A stretch of DNA of 64,000 bases from Nitrospirota bacterium (GCA_963788195.1 CAWBGA010000008.1:49864-113863); one strand, 5' to 3'; shown: positions 48,950 through 58,605, counted from the stretch's first letter. The notes: generated by a model not told the origin, from the sequence alone. Numbers and translations: made by a program.

Positions 48950-50638
48950 GTGGACCCTTTAGAGGAAGTCATACGCTATCACCAGCAAACGAAGCATCAT
49001 TTTTTCCGTTACGCACGGGCGCTCGGCTATCTGGACTGGGACAACCAGCCCAATCCGTTCCGGCGATATGATGGGGCGCCGCTGATCCGTTTGCCGATTC
49101 TCGGATGTTTAGATTTACCTCTTTCCAGCCCCTACGATGACCTCTACAGTGGTCGCTCTATCGAGGAAGTGCCGATCTCCCTTCAGAGCATCTCGCGATT
49201 CTTCGAGTACGCGCTCTCCATCACAGCCTGGAAGCAAGCCGGCGACACCAAGTGGGCGCTTCGCAGCAATCCGTCCAGCGGCAATCTGCATCCGACCGAG
49301 GGATATGTGCTCCTAGGCCCGATCCCCGGCCTCGCCTCAACCGCCGCCCTGTACCACTACGCCCCGAAAGAACATGCGCTGGAGCAGCGTGTCACCTTTT
49401 CAACAACTTTGTTCGCGGCCCTGATGGGAACTTTTCCATCCGATGCCTTTCTCGTCGGCCTCTCATCGATCCATTGGCGGGAAGCCTGGAAATATGGAGA
49501 GCGGGCGTTTCGATATTGCCAACATGACGTCGGTCACGCCATCGGAACCTTGCGTATTGCCGCGGCAGGGCTGGGGTGGCGGATGATGCTTCTCGAAGGC
49601 CTTTCGGATAAGACCATTGAACAGCTCTTGGGGCTGGACCGGTCCATGGATTTTGAAGGCGCCGAACGGGAACAGCCCGATCTCATGGCGGTGATCTGGC
49701 GAGTCGAGAGTATGATCAATCAGATTCCACTCTCTCTGGACCCGCCGGCAGTCGATGAACTTGTTCGGGATTCCCTTACGCGATGGCAGGGCAAGGCAAA
49801 CCGACTGAGCTCTGATGATCCCGTTTCCTGGGAAATCATTGATGAGGTGATCGCGGCATCCAGAAAGGTAAGCAGCGAGCATCGCTCAATAGCTTTGCCT
49901 CGAATCGACGCGCGGAAAGACGCCTCGCGGCAGGCTGCTCGCTCGATTTCAGCCTGGCAAGCGATTCACCAGCGCCGAAGCGCGCTCGCCTTTGACGGCA
50001 AGACGGCTACATCAGCCGAGAATTTCTTTACAATGCTGTTGCGGGTAATGCCCGGCGCTCAGCTAGACATGCTCAACCGTCCCATGCCATGGGATGCCAT
50101 CCCCTGGGCTCCAATGATTCACCTGGCCTTGTTCGTGCACCGCGTGAGCGACCTTGCCTCTGGATTGTACCTTTTAGTGCGCGACCCTTCCAAAACTGAG
50201 ACTCTTCGCAAGGCGATGCACCCGCAGTTCGAATGGAAGACGCCGGCGAATTGCCCCTCTGGTTTGTCCCTTTACCTTCTTGAGGAAGGGAACGCGCAAG
50301 GCATCGCCACGCAGGTGAGCTGCCATCAGGAGATTGCCGGGGCCGGGTGCTTTTCGCTGGGCATGATCGCCGAATTTGAAAGCGCTCTACAAACACACGG
50401 CCCGTGGTTCTACCGGCGGCTCTTTTGGGAAACGGGCGTGATAGGGCAGGTTCTGTATCTGGAAGCAGAGGCAGCGGAGGTGCGAGCCACGGGCATCGGC
50501 TGTTTCTTCGATGATCCCGTGCATAAGGTGTTCGGCTTCAACAATATGGAGTTTCAGTCCCTGTACCACTTCACGACCGGCGGGCCCGTGGACGATCCTC
50601 GCCTGACTACCCTGCCGCCGTACGCTCTACTCCATTAA
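48950..50638 (+). CDS. Two-domain nitroreductase/SagB-ThcOx family FMN oxidoreductase
   Basis: YH..TKH, LR.NPSSGNLHPTE, WKYGERAFRYC..D.GH, QRRSA, GIGCFFDD. Confidence 0.88.
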   Translation: MDPLEEVIRYHQQTKHHFFRYARALGYLDWDNQPNPFRRYDGAPLIRLPILGCLDLPLSSPYDDLYSGRSIEEVPISLQSISRFFEYALSITAWKQAGDTKWALRSNPSSGNLHPTEGYVLLGPIPGLASTAALYHYAPKEHALEQRVTFSTTLFAALMGTFPSDAFLVGLSSIHWREAWKYGERAFRYCQHDVGHAIGTLRIAAAGLGWRMMLLEGLSDKTIEQLLGLDRSMDFEGAEREQPDLMAVIWRVESMINQIPLSLDPPAVDELVRDSLTRWQGKANRLSSDDPVSWEIIDEVIAASRKVSSEHRSIALPRIDARKDASRQAARSISAWQAIHQRRSALAFDGKTATSAENFFTMLLRVMPGAQLDMLNRPMPWDAIPWAPMIHLALFVHRVSDLASGLYLLVRDPSKTETLRKAMHPQFEWKTPANCPSGLSLYLLEEGNAQGIATQVSCHQEIAGAGCFSLGMIAEFESALQTHGPWFYRRLFWETGVIGQVLYLEAEAAEVRATGIGCFFDDPVHKVFGFNNMEFQSLYHFTTGGPVDDPRLTTLPPYALLH

Positions 50639-51274
50639 AGCATGAAAACTTTCGATGGAGCGGTAGATGTGCGACGGTTGTGTAGGAAGGGCTGAGCTAG
50701 GCTTTGAGCGTAGATACAGATGCTTGATGCCATGCACGTCGGCGGACGCCAGCGCCGCCTCATCATCATCAATGTACAGGGTGCGCGACGGATCGAACCC
50801 TAGAAGGACTTGTGCTTTCGCCCAGTAGTCGGGCTTAAGCTTGAGGCACCCGACATCGAATGCTGTCACGATACCGTCAAAAGACGGCTCCAAGCCGGTC
50901 ATTGCCATCTTAATGGCCAGCGCCTTCGGGTGCGCGTTTGTCACCAGGTACGTCGGAATCTTTCGGTCACGAAGAAACCGCAAGAATCCTGCAGTATCAG
51001 GATGGAGACAAATACCGTCACGGACTGAGGTTTTAATCTCAGCGACATCGAGCTTTAGCGTCCGGCTCCAATAATCCAAGTCAGTCCAGTCGAGTTCACC
51101 CTCCACCGCGCGGTACAGGCCGACTAATCGTTCACGCGCGGCATCCAAAGACAGGGCATTTGCCTCAGCATAGCGGCCCGGCAGCACTTCGAAGTAAAAG
51201 TGATCGTCAAAGGCGCGGTCCAGCAGGGTTCCGTCGAGATCGAGGAGAATTGTTGAGATGCCGTTCCAATCCAT
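50627..51274 (-). CDS. HAD-family hydrolase (YrfG-like nucleotidase)
   Basis: LLDLDGTLLD, LVTNAH, K, IDD. Confidence 0.88.
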   Translation of the reverse strand: MDWNGISTILLDLDGTLLDRAFDDHFYFEVLPGRYAEANALSLDAARERLVGLYRAVEGELDWTDLDYWSRTLKLDVAEIKTSVRDGICLHPDTAGFLRFLRDRKIPTYLVTNAHPKALAIKMAMTGLEPSFDGIVTAFDVGCLKLKPDYWAKAQVLLGFDPSRTLYIDDDEAALASADVHGIKHLYLRSKPSSALPTQPSHIYRSIESFHALME

Positions 51275-51429
51275 GGATAGGTCTTCTCGGTTAGCGGACA
51301 GAAACTCATTATAACTGAGGAATAGCGTAAACCCCGACACAAGAGCAGGTTAAAGCATGGTGAAGAATATTAGAACATTTGTTATGGAACATTCAGGGGT
51401 ATAGTAATGTGTAAAGTGTAAAGTTACGC

Positions 51430-51459
51430 TTGACAAATTTTATGGATCTGGTATAAGAT
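51430..51459 (+). promoter_or_regulatory. Promoter of higBA, probably leaderless
   Basis: TTGACA at 51430; TATAAG/TAAGAT at 51452-51459; ATG at 51464 with no SD. Confidence 0.6.
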
Positions 51460-51463
51460 TTAT

Positions 51464-51742
51464 ATGATCGAGAGTTTCAAGCACAAAGGCTTGAAAAAGC
51501 TTTTCGAAGAAGATGACCGGCGCAAAGTCCCGGCGGGTCTGGCAGATAAGATAGCCCGGATACTGGCGCGGTTGAATGAGGCGGTGAGAGTGCAGGATAT
51601 GGGCCTGCCAGGTTACAGGCTGCATCCATTGAAAGGCAAGTTGGCCGGCTTCTGGGCGGTGTCCGTGTCGGGAAACTGGCGGATTATTTTCAGTTTTGAA
51701 AACGGCGCTGCGTCTGAGGTTGATTTGGTCGATTATCATTAG
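51464..51742 (+). CDS. higB: HigB toxin (RelE/ParE family)
   Basis: MI.SFKHKGL..LF, LPGYRLHPLKG, VSGNWRI.F.F, DYH. Confidence 0.93.
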   Translation: MIESFKHKGLKKLFEEDDRRKVPAGLADKIARILARLNEAVRVQDMGLPGYRLHPLKGKLAGFWAVSVSGNWRIIFSFENGAASEVDLVDYH

Positions 51743-51751
51743 GAGAGAACA

Positions 51752-52057
51752 ATGCGTATGAAAAACCCACCACATCCAGGCTTATCGGTGCTGTATGACT
51801 GCCTCGAACCGATGCGGCTGTCGGTGGCGGAAGGGGCTGATGTGCTCGGTGTAACGCGGCAGGCCTTGAACAACCTTGTACGGGGCAAGGCGGGGCTATC
51901 TGCCGAAATGGCGATCCGGCTGGACAAGGCATTCGGCGGCGGCGCTGAAACGTGGCTGCGGTTGCAGGCAGCCTATGACCTTTCACAGGCGAAAAAGAAG
52001 TCCGGCGGGATCAAAGTGAAGCGGGTAACAGCGCCGGGCATTGATGTATTGGTGTGA
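51752..52057 (+). CDS. higA: HigA antitoxin (HTH)
   Basis: PPHPG, LGVTRQ.L, S.EMAIRL, W.RLQ.AYDL. Confidence 0.93.
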   Translation: MRMKNPPHPGLSVLYDCLEPMRLSVAEGADVLGVTRQALNNLVRGKAGLSAEMAIRLDKAFGGGAETWLRLQAAYDLSQAKKKSGGIKVKRVTAPGIDVLV

Positions 52058-52140
52058 TGAAATTCTAGTACATGCGGTGAAGGATTAGGGAGCGAGACGC
52101 ACGTTGTCAACGTCTCGCGCCGCGTGTTAGCGTGCAGGAA

Positions 52141-52186
52141 GGATCTGTCTTGGCAGATTCCAGGGTGGGTGGAATGGGGTGAAATG
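52141..52186 (-). repeat. GCCAAGAC-loop repeat copy abutting the der start codon
   Basis: Minus strand CATTTCACCCCATTCCACCCACCCT-GGAATCTG-CCAAGA-CAGATCC. Confidence 0.78.
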
Positions 52187-53485
52187 TTCACTGTCGCCAT
52201 CATCGGCCGGCCCAACGTCGGCAAATCCACGTTGTTTAACCGGATCTTGGGCCGTAGGCAGGCGATTGTCCAGGATATGCCGGGGGTGACCCGCGATCGT
52301 CATTCGGCGGAAGCAGAATACCGGGGACGCCCTTTCCGACTCATCGACACCGGCGGGTTGATTCCTACATCCCAAGATCAAATGTTCGCGTTGATTCGGG
52401 AGCAGTCCCGCCTGGCCATCGATGAGGCCGACGCCTTGATTTTTGTTCTAGACGGCCGCGATGGGCTCTCATCGGCTGATCGGGAGATCATGGATCTCCT
52501 GAGAAAGTCCGGAAACCCCTTATTTTTGGCCGTCAACAAGATCGATACCCCGAAATCGGAGCCTTTGGTCGCAGACTTTTATGCGATGGGAGTCGAGGAG
52601 CTGTATCCCATTTCGGCGGAGCATGGCACGGGGGTGGCGGAACTTCTGGACGCCCTTTATCCATTGATGTCGCCAAAGACGGACGATGCAACCATCGAGA
52701 TCCCCAAGATAGCCGTCGTTGGACGCCCGAATGTAGGCAAGTCCACATTCATCAACACCCTGCTGGGGCAGACCCGGCTGATCGTCAGCGATGTTCCCGG
52801 CACAACTCGGGACTCCATCGATACGCTCGTGCGCCACAAGCAGTCTGACTATCTCTTCATCGACACAGCCGGCATTCGCAGGCGCGGCAAAATCGATCCC
52901 GGCGTCGAACGCTACAGCGTGGCACGCGCCATGCGCAGCCTTGGCCGAGCGGACGTCGCAGTGTTGATATTGGACGGCATCGAAGGCGTCACGGAACAGG
53001 ACACAAAGATCGCGGGACTGGCGCTACGAGGCGGGCGCGCTTGCGTGATGCTGGTAAACAAATGGGATCTCCGTGAAGGCGACGAGGGCGCCAAGACCGC
53101 TTACAAGTCAGAGCTGCGCCGCCGGTTCTCGTTTCTTACGTGGGCCACCGTCCTGTTCGGTTCGGCGTTGCAATTCAAGACGGTCGCGCGGATCTTTCCA
53201 CATCTGGACCGAGCGCTGGAGTCGTTCGCCCGCCGCGTACCGACGGGACAGATGAATCGATTTCTACAGGAAGCTCTTAGGCTGCAGCCCCTGCCCATCC
53301 GCAAAGGCAACCCCGTGAAATCGGCCTACATGACCCAGGTTGCCACCAAGCCTCCAACGTTCGTGCTGTTCTGCAGGAACCCCAAAGACGTCGGGGAGCC
53401 ATACTTGAGGTACCTCGAAAATAGCATTCGTAAGGAGTTCGGTTTCCCCGGGACTCCTATACGTGTCTACGCAAAGGCCAAATGA
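52184..53485 (+). CDS. der: Ribosome biogenesis GTPase Der (EngA)
   Basis: Two GRPNVGKST domains, DTGG/DTAG, NK.D, C-terminal KH-like domain (FGF.GTPI). Confidence 0.98.
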   Translation: MFTVAIIGRPNVGKSTLFNRILGRRQAIVQDMPGVTRDRHSAEAEYRGRPFRLIDTGGLIPTSQDQMFALIREQSRLAIDEADALIFVLDGRDGLSSADREIMDLLRKSGNPLFLAVNKIDTPKSEPLVADFYAMGVEELYPISAEHGTGVAELLDALYPLMSPKTDDATIEIPKIAVVGRPNVGKSTFINTLLGQTRLIVSDVPGTTRDSIDTLVRHKQSDYLFIDTAGIRRRGKIDPGVERYSVARAMRSLGRADVAVLILDGIEGVTEQDTKIAGLALRGGRACVMLVNKWDLREGDEGAKTAYKSELRRRFSFLTWATVLFGSALQFKTVARIFPHLDRALESFARRVPTGQMNRFLQEALRLQPLPIRKGNPVKSAYMTQVATKPPTFVLFCRNPKDVGEPYLRYLENSIRKEFGFPGTPIRVYAKAK

Positions 53486-53901
53486 GAAAGCAGATCTTCG
53501 CAGCCGCGCTGTTAGGCCTTTGTGTGCTGAGTTGTTTCGATTCCGATGTCGATGCAGACTCCAGCGTTCCCGTGGTCAAAATTTCCGCCAGGGAAAGGAC
53601 CTTCGTCCCGGAAGTTGTTTTCTTGAAAATGGGGCGGCCCGTCGCGCTGGTGATTGGGAATGAGGATGTCGAACTACACGCTTTTGTTCCCCTCCTGCTT
53701 TTTCAAGGAATTAACGTGCAAGTGACAGGTAATGGTGCTCCAGAATTCAACGAGTCGGGCCTCGCCCGTGTCTTAATCCCGCCCAAAGGTCACGCACAGA
53801 TCAGGTTTACACCACCGGCCGCCGGACGTTTTTTCTATATCTGCGATCTGCCGGGGCATCAGATGCGGGGAGAGATCATCGTCACCGCCGATGCTCTTTG
53901 A
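53482..53901 (+). CDS. Exported cupredoxin-like (type 1 copper) protein
   Basis: Signal or lipoprotein N-terminus; F.PE, ELHAF, YICDLPGHQMRG. Confidence 0.78.
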   Translation: MRKQIFAAALLGLCVLSCFDSDVDADSSVPVVKISARERTFVPEVVFLKMGRPVALVIGNEDVELHAFVPLLLFQGINVQVTGNGAPEFNESGLARVLIPPKGHAQIRFTPPAAGRFFYICDLPGHQMRGEIIVTADAL

Positions 53902-53937
53902 GCTGCGCTCTTTTCATCCTCCTGCCCCGGGGTATGA

Positions 53938-53967
53938 TTGACAGATCCGTAAGAATCCGCCTATGAT
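53938..53967 (+). promoter_or_regulatory. Sigma70-like promoter
   Basis: TTGACA-18 nt-TATGAT. Confidence 0.6.
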
Positions 53968-54093
53968 ACGCCCGCTTATGGCGTGGCCCTCTGGTGGGAA
54001 TGCCACAATGGATTGGTTTGGGCCCAAGTTTTTTAGCACCTAACCCCCGCTCCATTTATCGACTGATATTTACGCACGCAGCAGAGGAGGTTC

Positions 54094-55404
54094 ATGACAA
54101 TGCGATACGGACGTGGTTCCTTGATTTGGTTTGTCCTTCTATCAGTGTGGGGCGGAATTGGCCTCGCCTCATCATTCGCAGCTGACGCGCCGGGGCCGGC
54201 CGCGCCGCCCGTCGCTGACTACGAAGTCTGGGCCATTGACCAGTCCGACAGCTCCAAAGACGGCGGCGGCACGCTCTATATCTACGACGGCCTTGGTTTA
54301 GCCGCCAATCCGAAGACCGCAAAGCCCGAGACAGTCGATCTCGGCGATAAGTTTGCCGAGGCCTGTAAGGAGGCCGGCGGCTATCCCAAGCGTCCGCATA
54401 TGATTCTCTTCACTAAAGACCAGAAGTTTGCCCTTCTGTCTTATGTCGCCAGCGGCCATGTCGTGTTCATAGACGCCGCGTCCAGGGCTCCGATAGGGTG
54501 CGTGAGCTTGGGGAAAAATGCGCATGCGGCCTTTCCGACCGCAAACATGCGAATGGCGATCGGCGCTAACATCGCCGAGAAAAAGCTGGTCCGCATCTGG
54601 ACGGATTACGCCGGCAAGAAATTCACGATTAAACCAGACAACGACGTCATCAATCTCACGCAGATGGAATCAGGTAATGATGTGCCGGACGTGGCGCCAA
54701 TTTGCCCGATCACCGACAATAGAAGCCAGTTCGTCTTCGTCACCTTCCGCGGCGGCGGCCTGGCAGTGTTCGATATTACATCTAGTCCGATGTTCCTCGT
54801 AGGCACGCTGGGAAGAGACGCGGTGCGCCCGGCTGGGTGCGGCGGGGTGCAACTAGGGTCTAATATGTATCTCAACTCGGGCGGAGGCTGGCCTGCAACC
54901 CCTCTCAACAATGATGTGTATGCCTTCGGGATGGGTGGCCTTCCATCGGTCAGCCAACCGATCCGCATCGGTGGCCGCGACGGTGGGGATTCTCATGGCA
55001 TGGTCGCCGTGAACAATCGGTACCTCTGGGCCGGAGATCGGCACTTGAACCTGATTGATGTCTACGACAGTAGCAATGATGGAATGAAAGTCGGGACGAT
55101 CCGACTCGCAGGAGAAGTCAGCCAGGATCCGGCGCCCGATTTGATGGACGCCGCCCCGGATGGCAGCTTTGTATTTACCACACTGCGGGGGCCAAGTCCC
55201 TTGACCGGCAATAATAAGGATGCCAACAATGCCGTGGGCAGCACCCCGGGCGTGGGCGTCATCAAAGTTGACGGCGGCGGCCGTGGCGGGAACCTGATCG
55301 GTATCGCGCCGCTGAGCAAGATGGCTGAGGAGAAGGACAAAGACGGCAACATGGTCAAAAAAGAGAAGTCGGACCCGCACGGGATTCAGGTTCGTAAGAA
55401 GTAA
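54094..55404 (+). CDS. Secreted YVTN/cd1-like beta-propeller protein
   Basis: Signal peptide; repeated blades with RPHM, NAHA, DSHG, APDL..AAPDG, DPHG; GAGGAGG RBS. Confidence 0.7.
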   Translation: MTMRYGRGSLIWFVLLSVWGGIGLASSFAADAPGPAAPPVADYEVWAIDQSDSSKDGGGTLYIYDGLGLAANPKTAKPETVDLGDKFAEACKEAGGYPKRPHMILFTKDQKFALLSYVASGHVVFIDAASRAPIGCVSLGKNAHAAFPTANMRMAIGANIAEKKLVRIWTDYAGKKFTIKPDNDVINLTQMESGNDVPDVAPICPITDNRSQFVFVTFRGGGLAVFDITSSPMFLVGTLGRDAVRPAGCGGVQLGSNMYLNSGGGWPATPLNNDVYAFGMGGLPSVSQPIRIGGRDGGDSHGMVAVNNRYLWAGDRHLNLIDVYDSSNDGMKVGTIRLAGEVSQDPAPDLMDAAPDGSFVFTTLRGPSPLTGNNKDANNAVGSTPGVGVIKVDGGGRGGNLIGIAPLSKMAEEKDKDGNMVKKEKSDPHGIQVRKK

Positions 55405-55416
55405 GTCGAGAGTTCT

Positions 55417-55441
55417 CCGGGAGGGCTCGCTGCCCTCCCGG
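55417..55441 (+). terminator. Stem-loop after the propeller gene
   Basis: CCGGGAGGGC-tcgct-GCCCTCCCGG. Confidence 0.55.
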
Positions 55442-55470
55442 CGTATACACGCCTGGCCGTATCCCCTCTG

Positions 55471-55604
55471 AAAAAGGGGGACAGGCTACTTTTTCAGTTA
55501 TTCATGTCGCAGACCAAAGATTCCTTTGTTCCGAAAAAGTTGCCTGTCCCCTTTTAAGCCCGAGACAGATTTCTTTGCCCCAAGAGACGCGTCCTTTTCC
55601 CGTG
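55471..55604. repeat. REP-doublet-like inverted repeat followed by fragments of the GCCRRGAC family
   Basis: AAAAAGGGGGACAGGCTACTTTTTC ... GAAAAAGTTGCCTGTCCCCTTTT, then CCGAGACAGATTTCTTTGCCCC and GAGACGCGTCCTTTTCCCGTG. Confidence 0.8.
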
Positions 55605-55648
55605 AAGAAAGCTTGAGCGCTGGACTCTTCAGGGGATACAATCTCCTC

Positions 55649-55948
55649 ATGACGGAATCCGAATTGCAGCGGGTGATTCAGTACATCACCGGCCAACTCT
55701 CCTACGGTCTTCCCGTAACGTCAGAGGTTGTCCGCACCGGTTTTGGCGAACTCGCAGAACTGGCGAAGACCGCCACGACGAAGGTCGATCGCGAGTCTAT
55801 TCTGGCCTACATTTGCGCCTATACCGTTAAGAAGACCGGCCAGCCGGAAACCCTGGTTCGTGAAATCCTTGAGGCAGGGGGCCGGTGGCTTGATGAGATT
55901 TCAGAAACGTTTGCCCGGCAAGAGCCCGAGGAGCGTCAATTAAGTTGA
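55649..55948 (+). CDS. Hypothetical protein
   Basis: ORF from MTESEL; TACAAT -10 element just upstream. Confidence 0.65.
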   Translation: MTESELQRVIQYITGQLSYGLPVTSEVVRTGFGELAELAKTATTKVDRESILAYICAYTVKKTGQPETLVREILEAGGRWLDEISETFARQEPEERQLS

Positions 55949-55956
55949 GACAGGCT

Positions 55957-56337
55957 ATGTCAGATCGCTGGCTCTCGCGAAAGGCCTTCGACACCTTAGT
56001 GCGGCAAGCCTTGAGCGGGCTGCCGCGGGAATTCCGCCGATGTTTAGAGAATGTGGCGATCGAGATTGAAGAAGAGCCCGGTTCCGAAACCTTACAATCG
56101 TTGGGGATTCAGCAGGACGATCCCGATGAACTCCTTGGACTCTATGTGGGACGATCTATAAAGGGACATTCGTTCTTCGAGCCCGGGGGCGAATTGCCGG
56201 ATCGGGTTTATATCTATCGCGGGCCGATCTTGAGAGTATGTGCGACGAACGCCGACGTCATACGCGAGGTCCAGGATACCGTCGTCCACGAAATCGGCCA
56301 TCATTTCGGGCTTTCCGATGAGGACATGCCGGTTTGA
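55957..56337 (+). CDS. Zincin-like small metallopeptidase
   Basis: LLGLY.G, PDR..IYR.PI, TVVHEIGHHFG (HExxH). Confidence 0.88.
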   Translation: MSDRWLSRKAFDTLVRQALSGLPREFRRCLENVAIEIEEEPGSETLQSLGIQQDDPDELLGLYVGRSIKGHSFFEPGGELPDRVYIYRGPILRVCATNADVIREVQDTVVHEIGHHFGLSDEDMPV

Positions 56338-56381
56338 TGCTTTTCGAAGGAAAACCGAAGGCTTTGATAGGAGGTGGTGAC

Positions 56382-57092
56382 ATGACTCCTTCTCGCTCCC
56401 TTCGCACGCCTTGGCTGGCTGCGCTTGCGGTGATGATCATGGGGTGCTCCACGGTCGGTACCACCTATCCGCCACCGGCGAATCCATTTCTCGCGGACGC
56501 TCAACCCCTGGATGGTAAAGTGCTGGCGCCAACGAAAGTGGTCCTCGTTTGGCTGCAACCAGCCGGAACATCGGCGCCTCCCGAAAACGCCCAGCGAGCA
56601 TTGGCTGACAAAATCAAGAATCGATTCTCTACCGGGAAGCCGTTGACCATTGTCGGTTTAGTCACACTTCCCGCCCCATTGATTGATCCACTGGCACAGG
56701 TTCGCCGAGCCACCGCCCCCTACGGCACCGATCAGGCGCTGGTGCTTATGCCCACGACAAGCGAGGCGAGCAGTCCTGTGTGGCTCAAGTATGGTCAGAA
56801 CGGCAGCGGTAGCGGAACCCGGATCGATAGTTATGTTTCAATTGCGACCGTCGCCATCGATCTATCTACGGGTGCTAAGCTCTTCTCGGTTACTACGAGC
56901 GGGGAAGCCAGACTTTTGAAGATGGACTATGAGGACGCACGGCCGTTCTATCCACGGATCTCTCCGGGTCGGTCGAGCGCCTTTATCTATCCTGAGGGCA
57001 GTGCATTTCCCCCGGGGGAAGTGCGCGCCGTCGCATTGGAGGAAGCGGTAAATGGCCTGATTTATAAGCTCGACATGGCGATCGGGAGCTGA
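56382..57092 (+). CDS. Lipoprotein of unknown function
   Basis: AGGAGG RBS, lipobox IMGC. Confidence 0.72.
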   Translation: MTPSRSLRTPWLAALAVMIMGCSTVGTTYPPPANPFLADAQPLDGKVLAPTKVVLVWLQPAGTSAPPENAQRALADKIKNRFSTGKPLTIVGLVTLPAPLIDPLAQVRRATAPYGTDQALVLMPTTSEASSPVWLKYGQNGSGSGTRIDSYVSIATVAIDLSTGAKLFSVTTSGEARLLKMDYEDARPFYPRISPGRSSAFIYPEGSAFPPGEVRAVALEEAVNGLIYKLDMAIGS

Positions 57093-57108
57093 GGACTGAG
57101 CCGACTGA

Positions 57109-57585
57109 ATGTTAGACTGGCTCTACTCGAGTTCACTGGTATGGCCGATTTTCGTCCTCTCGGTCGCCACCTTCGTGGGCAGCCTCATCATGATTCCGTG
57201 GATTTTAGTTCGCCTTCCATCGCACTACTTCGATGAACGCCATCCGCGGACTTGGCTCAAAGATCATCATCCCGTTCTGCGGAAGGCCGGGTTCGTAGTA
57301 AAGAATCTCGTGGGGGTCGGTTTTCTCCTGGCAGGCATCGCCATGCTGGTGCTTCCGGGTCAGGGGTTGCTGACCATGCTGATCGGGATATCCTTCATCG
57401 ACTTTCCCGGGAAGCGGGCACTTGAGCGAAAGATTGTCTCCGTACCTGTGGTCCTGTCAGCTATTAACGGGGTCCGGGCACGATTCGGCCATGCGCCGCT
57501 TATCGTGTACCCCCATTGCGATCTAGTCGAAGCTCCTACCATCCCTGGTCCAGCCCCTCCCAAAGGGAAGGGTTCCGCGAGCTAG
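57109..57585 (+). CDS. PGPGW-like membrane protein
   Basis: LP..YF, KN..G...L.GI.ML.LPGQG.LT, DFPGK. Confidence 0.78.
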   Translation: MLDWLYSSSLVWPIFVLSVATFVGSLIMIPWILVRLPSHYFDERHPRTWLKDHHPVLRKAGFVVKNLVGVGFLLAGIAMLVLPGQGLLTMLIGISFIDFPGKRALERKIVSVPVVLSAINGVRARFGHAPLIVYPHCDLVEAPTIPGPAPPKGKGSAS

Positions 57586-58087
57586 GGTAGGTCACCACTC
57601 CGTTTTCAACGGTAGCCCATGCCGGAAGTCTATGTGGCTTCGGCTCCGACTCGCCAACGATCTCCAGTACCGTCCCGCCCTGCGCGATGAATGCGTCCGA
57701 GATCAAAGAGCGATGGCACCGCCACGGAACCGCCTCAGCGCACATAATGGCGGTCGGAGATCGTTCCGCCAGTTGTGCCAGCTCATGCAGGGCCGCCTGA
57801 AAGTCAGGCGTCTGCATATAATCGGCGTAACCGCGAAAACTCGCGTTTCGCCAGCCGGTATTCTTCGAATCACTGCGACTTTTCCGCCGGCCGCCTAAAG
57901 CAGCAAAATGACGATACGTAATCTCCGCCGTCTGGAGAGACTTCGAAAGAGCATCCTGATTGAACTGTGGGTTGTGCCTTGAAAATGGAATCGCTCGGAC
58001 ATCTACGAGATACCGGATCCCCTGTCGCGTGAGGAGGGCCAGAAATTCTTTGATGGGCCGCGTGGAATGGCCGATGGTCCATATCAT
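57536..58087 (-). CDS. DUF488 family protein
   Basis: IWTIGHS, LVDVR..P.S, LGG.R, MCAE..PWRCHR; ATGA overlap with the upstream gene. Confidence 0.88.
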   Translation of the reverse strand: MIWTIGHSTRPIKEFLALLTRQGIRYLVDVRAIPFSRHNPQFNQDALSKSLQTAEITYRHFAALGGRRKSRSDSKNTGWRNASFRGYADYMQTPDFQAALHELAQLAERSPTAIMCAEAVPWRCHRSLISDAFIAQGGTVLEIVGESEPKPHRLPAWATVENGVVTYPSSRNPSLWEGLDQGW

Positions 58088-58605
58088 TTGCCGGTCTGCG
58101 AGAGTCGATGTTCCGCGGCGTAGCGGACGTAATTGGCCGCTGATTGCCTGAGCCATGCCCGCTCGTCGCCAGTGACCGATCGCTTGACCCGCCCAGGGCT
58201 TCCCAGAACCACGCTCCCCGGAGGAACCACGGTTCCTTCGGTGATCAAGGAACCGGCGCCGATCACGCACTCCTCGCCTATCACCACGCCGTCCATGAGA
58301 ATCGCGCCCATTCCTACCAGTACCCTGTTTTTAATGGTGCATCCGTGGAGGAGAACGCGATGTCCAACGGTCACCTCATCACCAATGATCAGCGGATGGG
58401 TATCATGAGTGACATGCAACGCGCAAAGATCCTGAATATTGGTCCGCGCGCCGATCCTAATGACATTGACATCACCGCGGATGATAGTCAGAAACCACAC
58501 ACTCGACTCGGCGCCAATGACCACGTCGCCGAGCACGACGGCCGTCTCTTCTATAAAGGCAGAAGGCTCAACCTTCGGCATGATTCCCTGAAAGGCGCGC
58601 AGCAT
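58084..58605 (-). CDS. Gamma carbonic anhydrase family protein (YrdA-like)
   Basis: RGD, NIQD...H, TVGH...LHGC, hexapeptide repeats. Confidence 0.92.
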   Translation of the reverse strand: MLRAFQGIMPKVEPSAFIEETAVVLGDVVIGAESSVWFLTIIRGDVNVIRIGARTNIQDLCALHVTHDTHPLIIGDEVTVGHRVLLHGCTIKNRVLVGMGAILMDGVVIGEECVIGAGSLITEGTVVPPGSVVLGSPGRVKRSVTGDERAWLRQSAANYVRYAAEHRLSQTGK

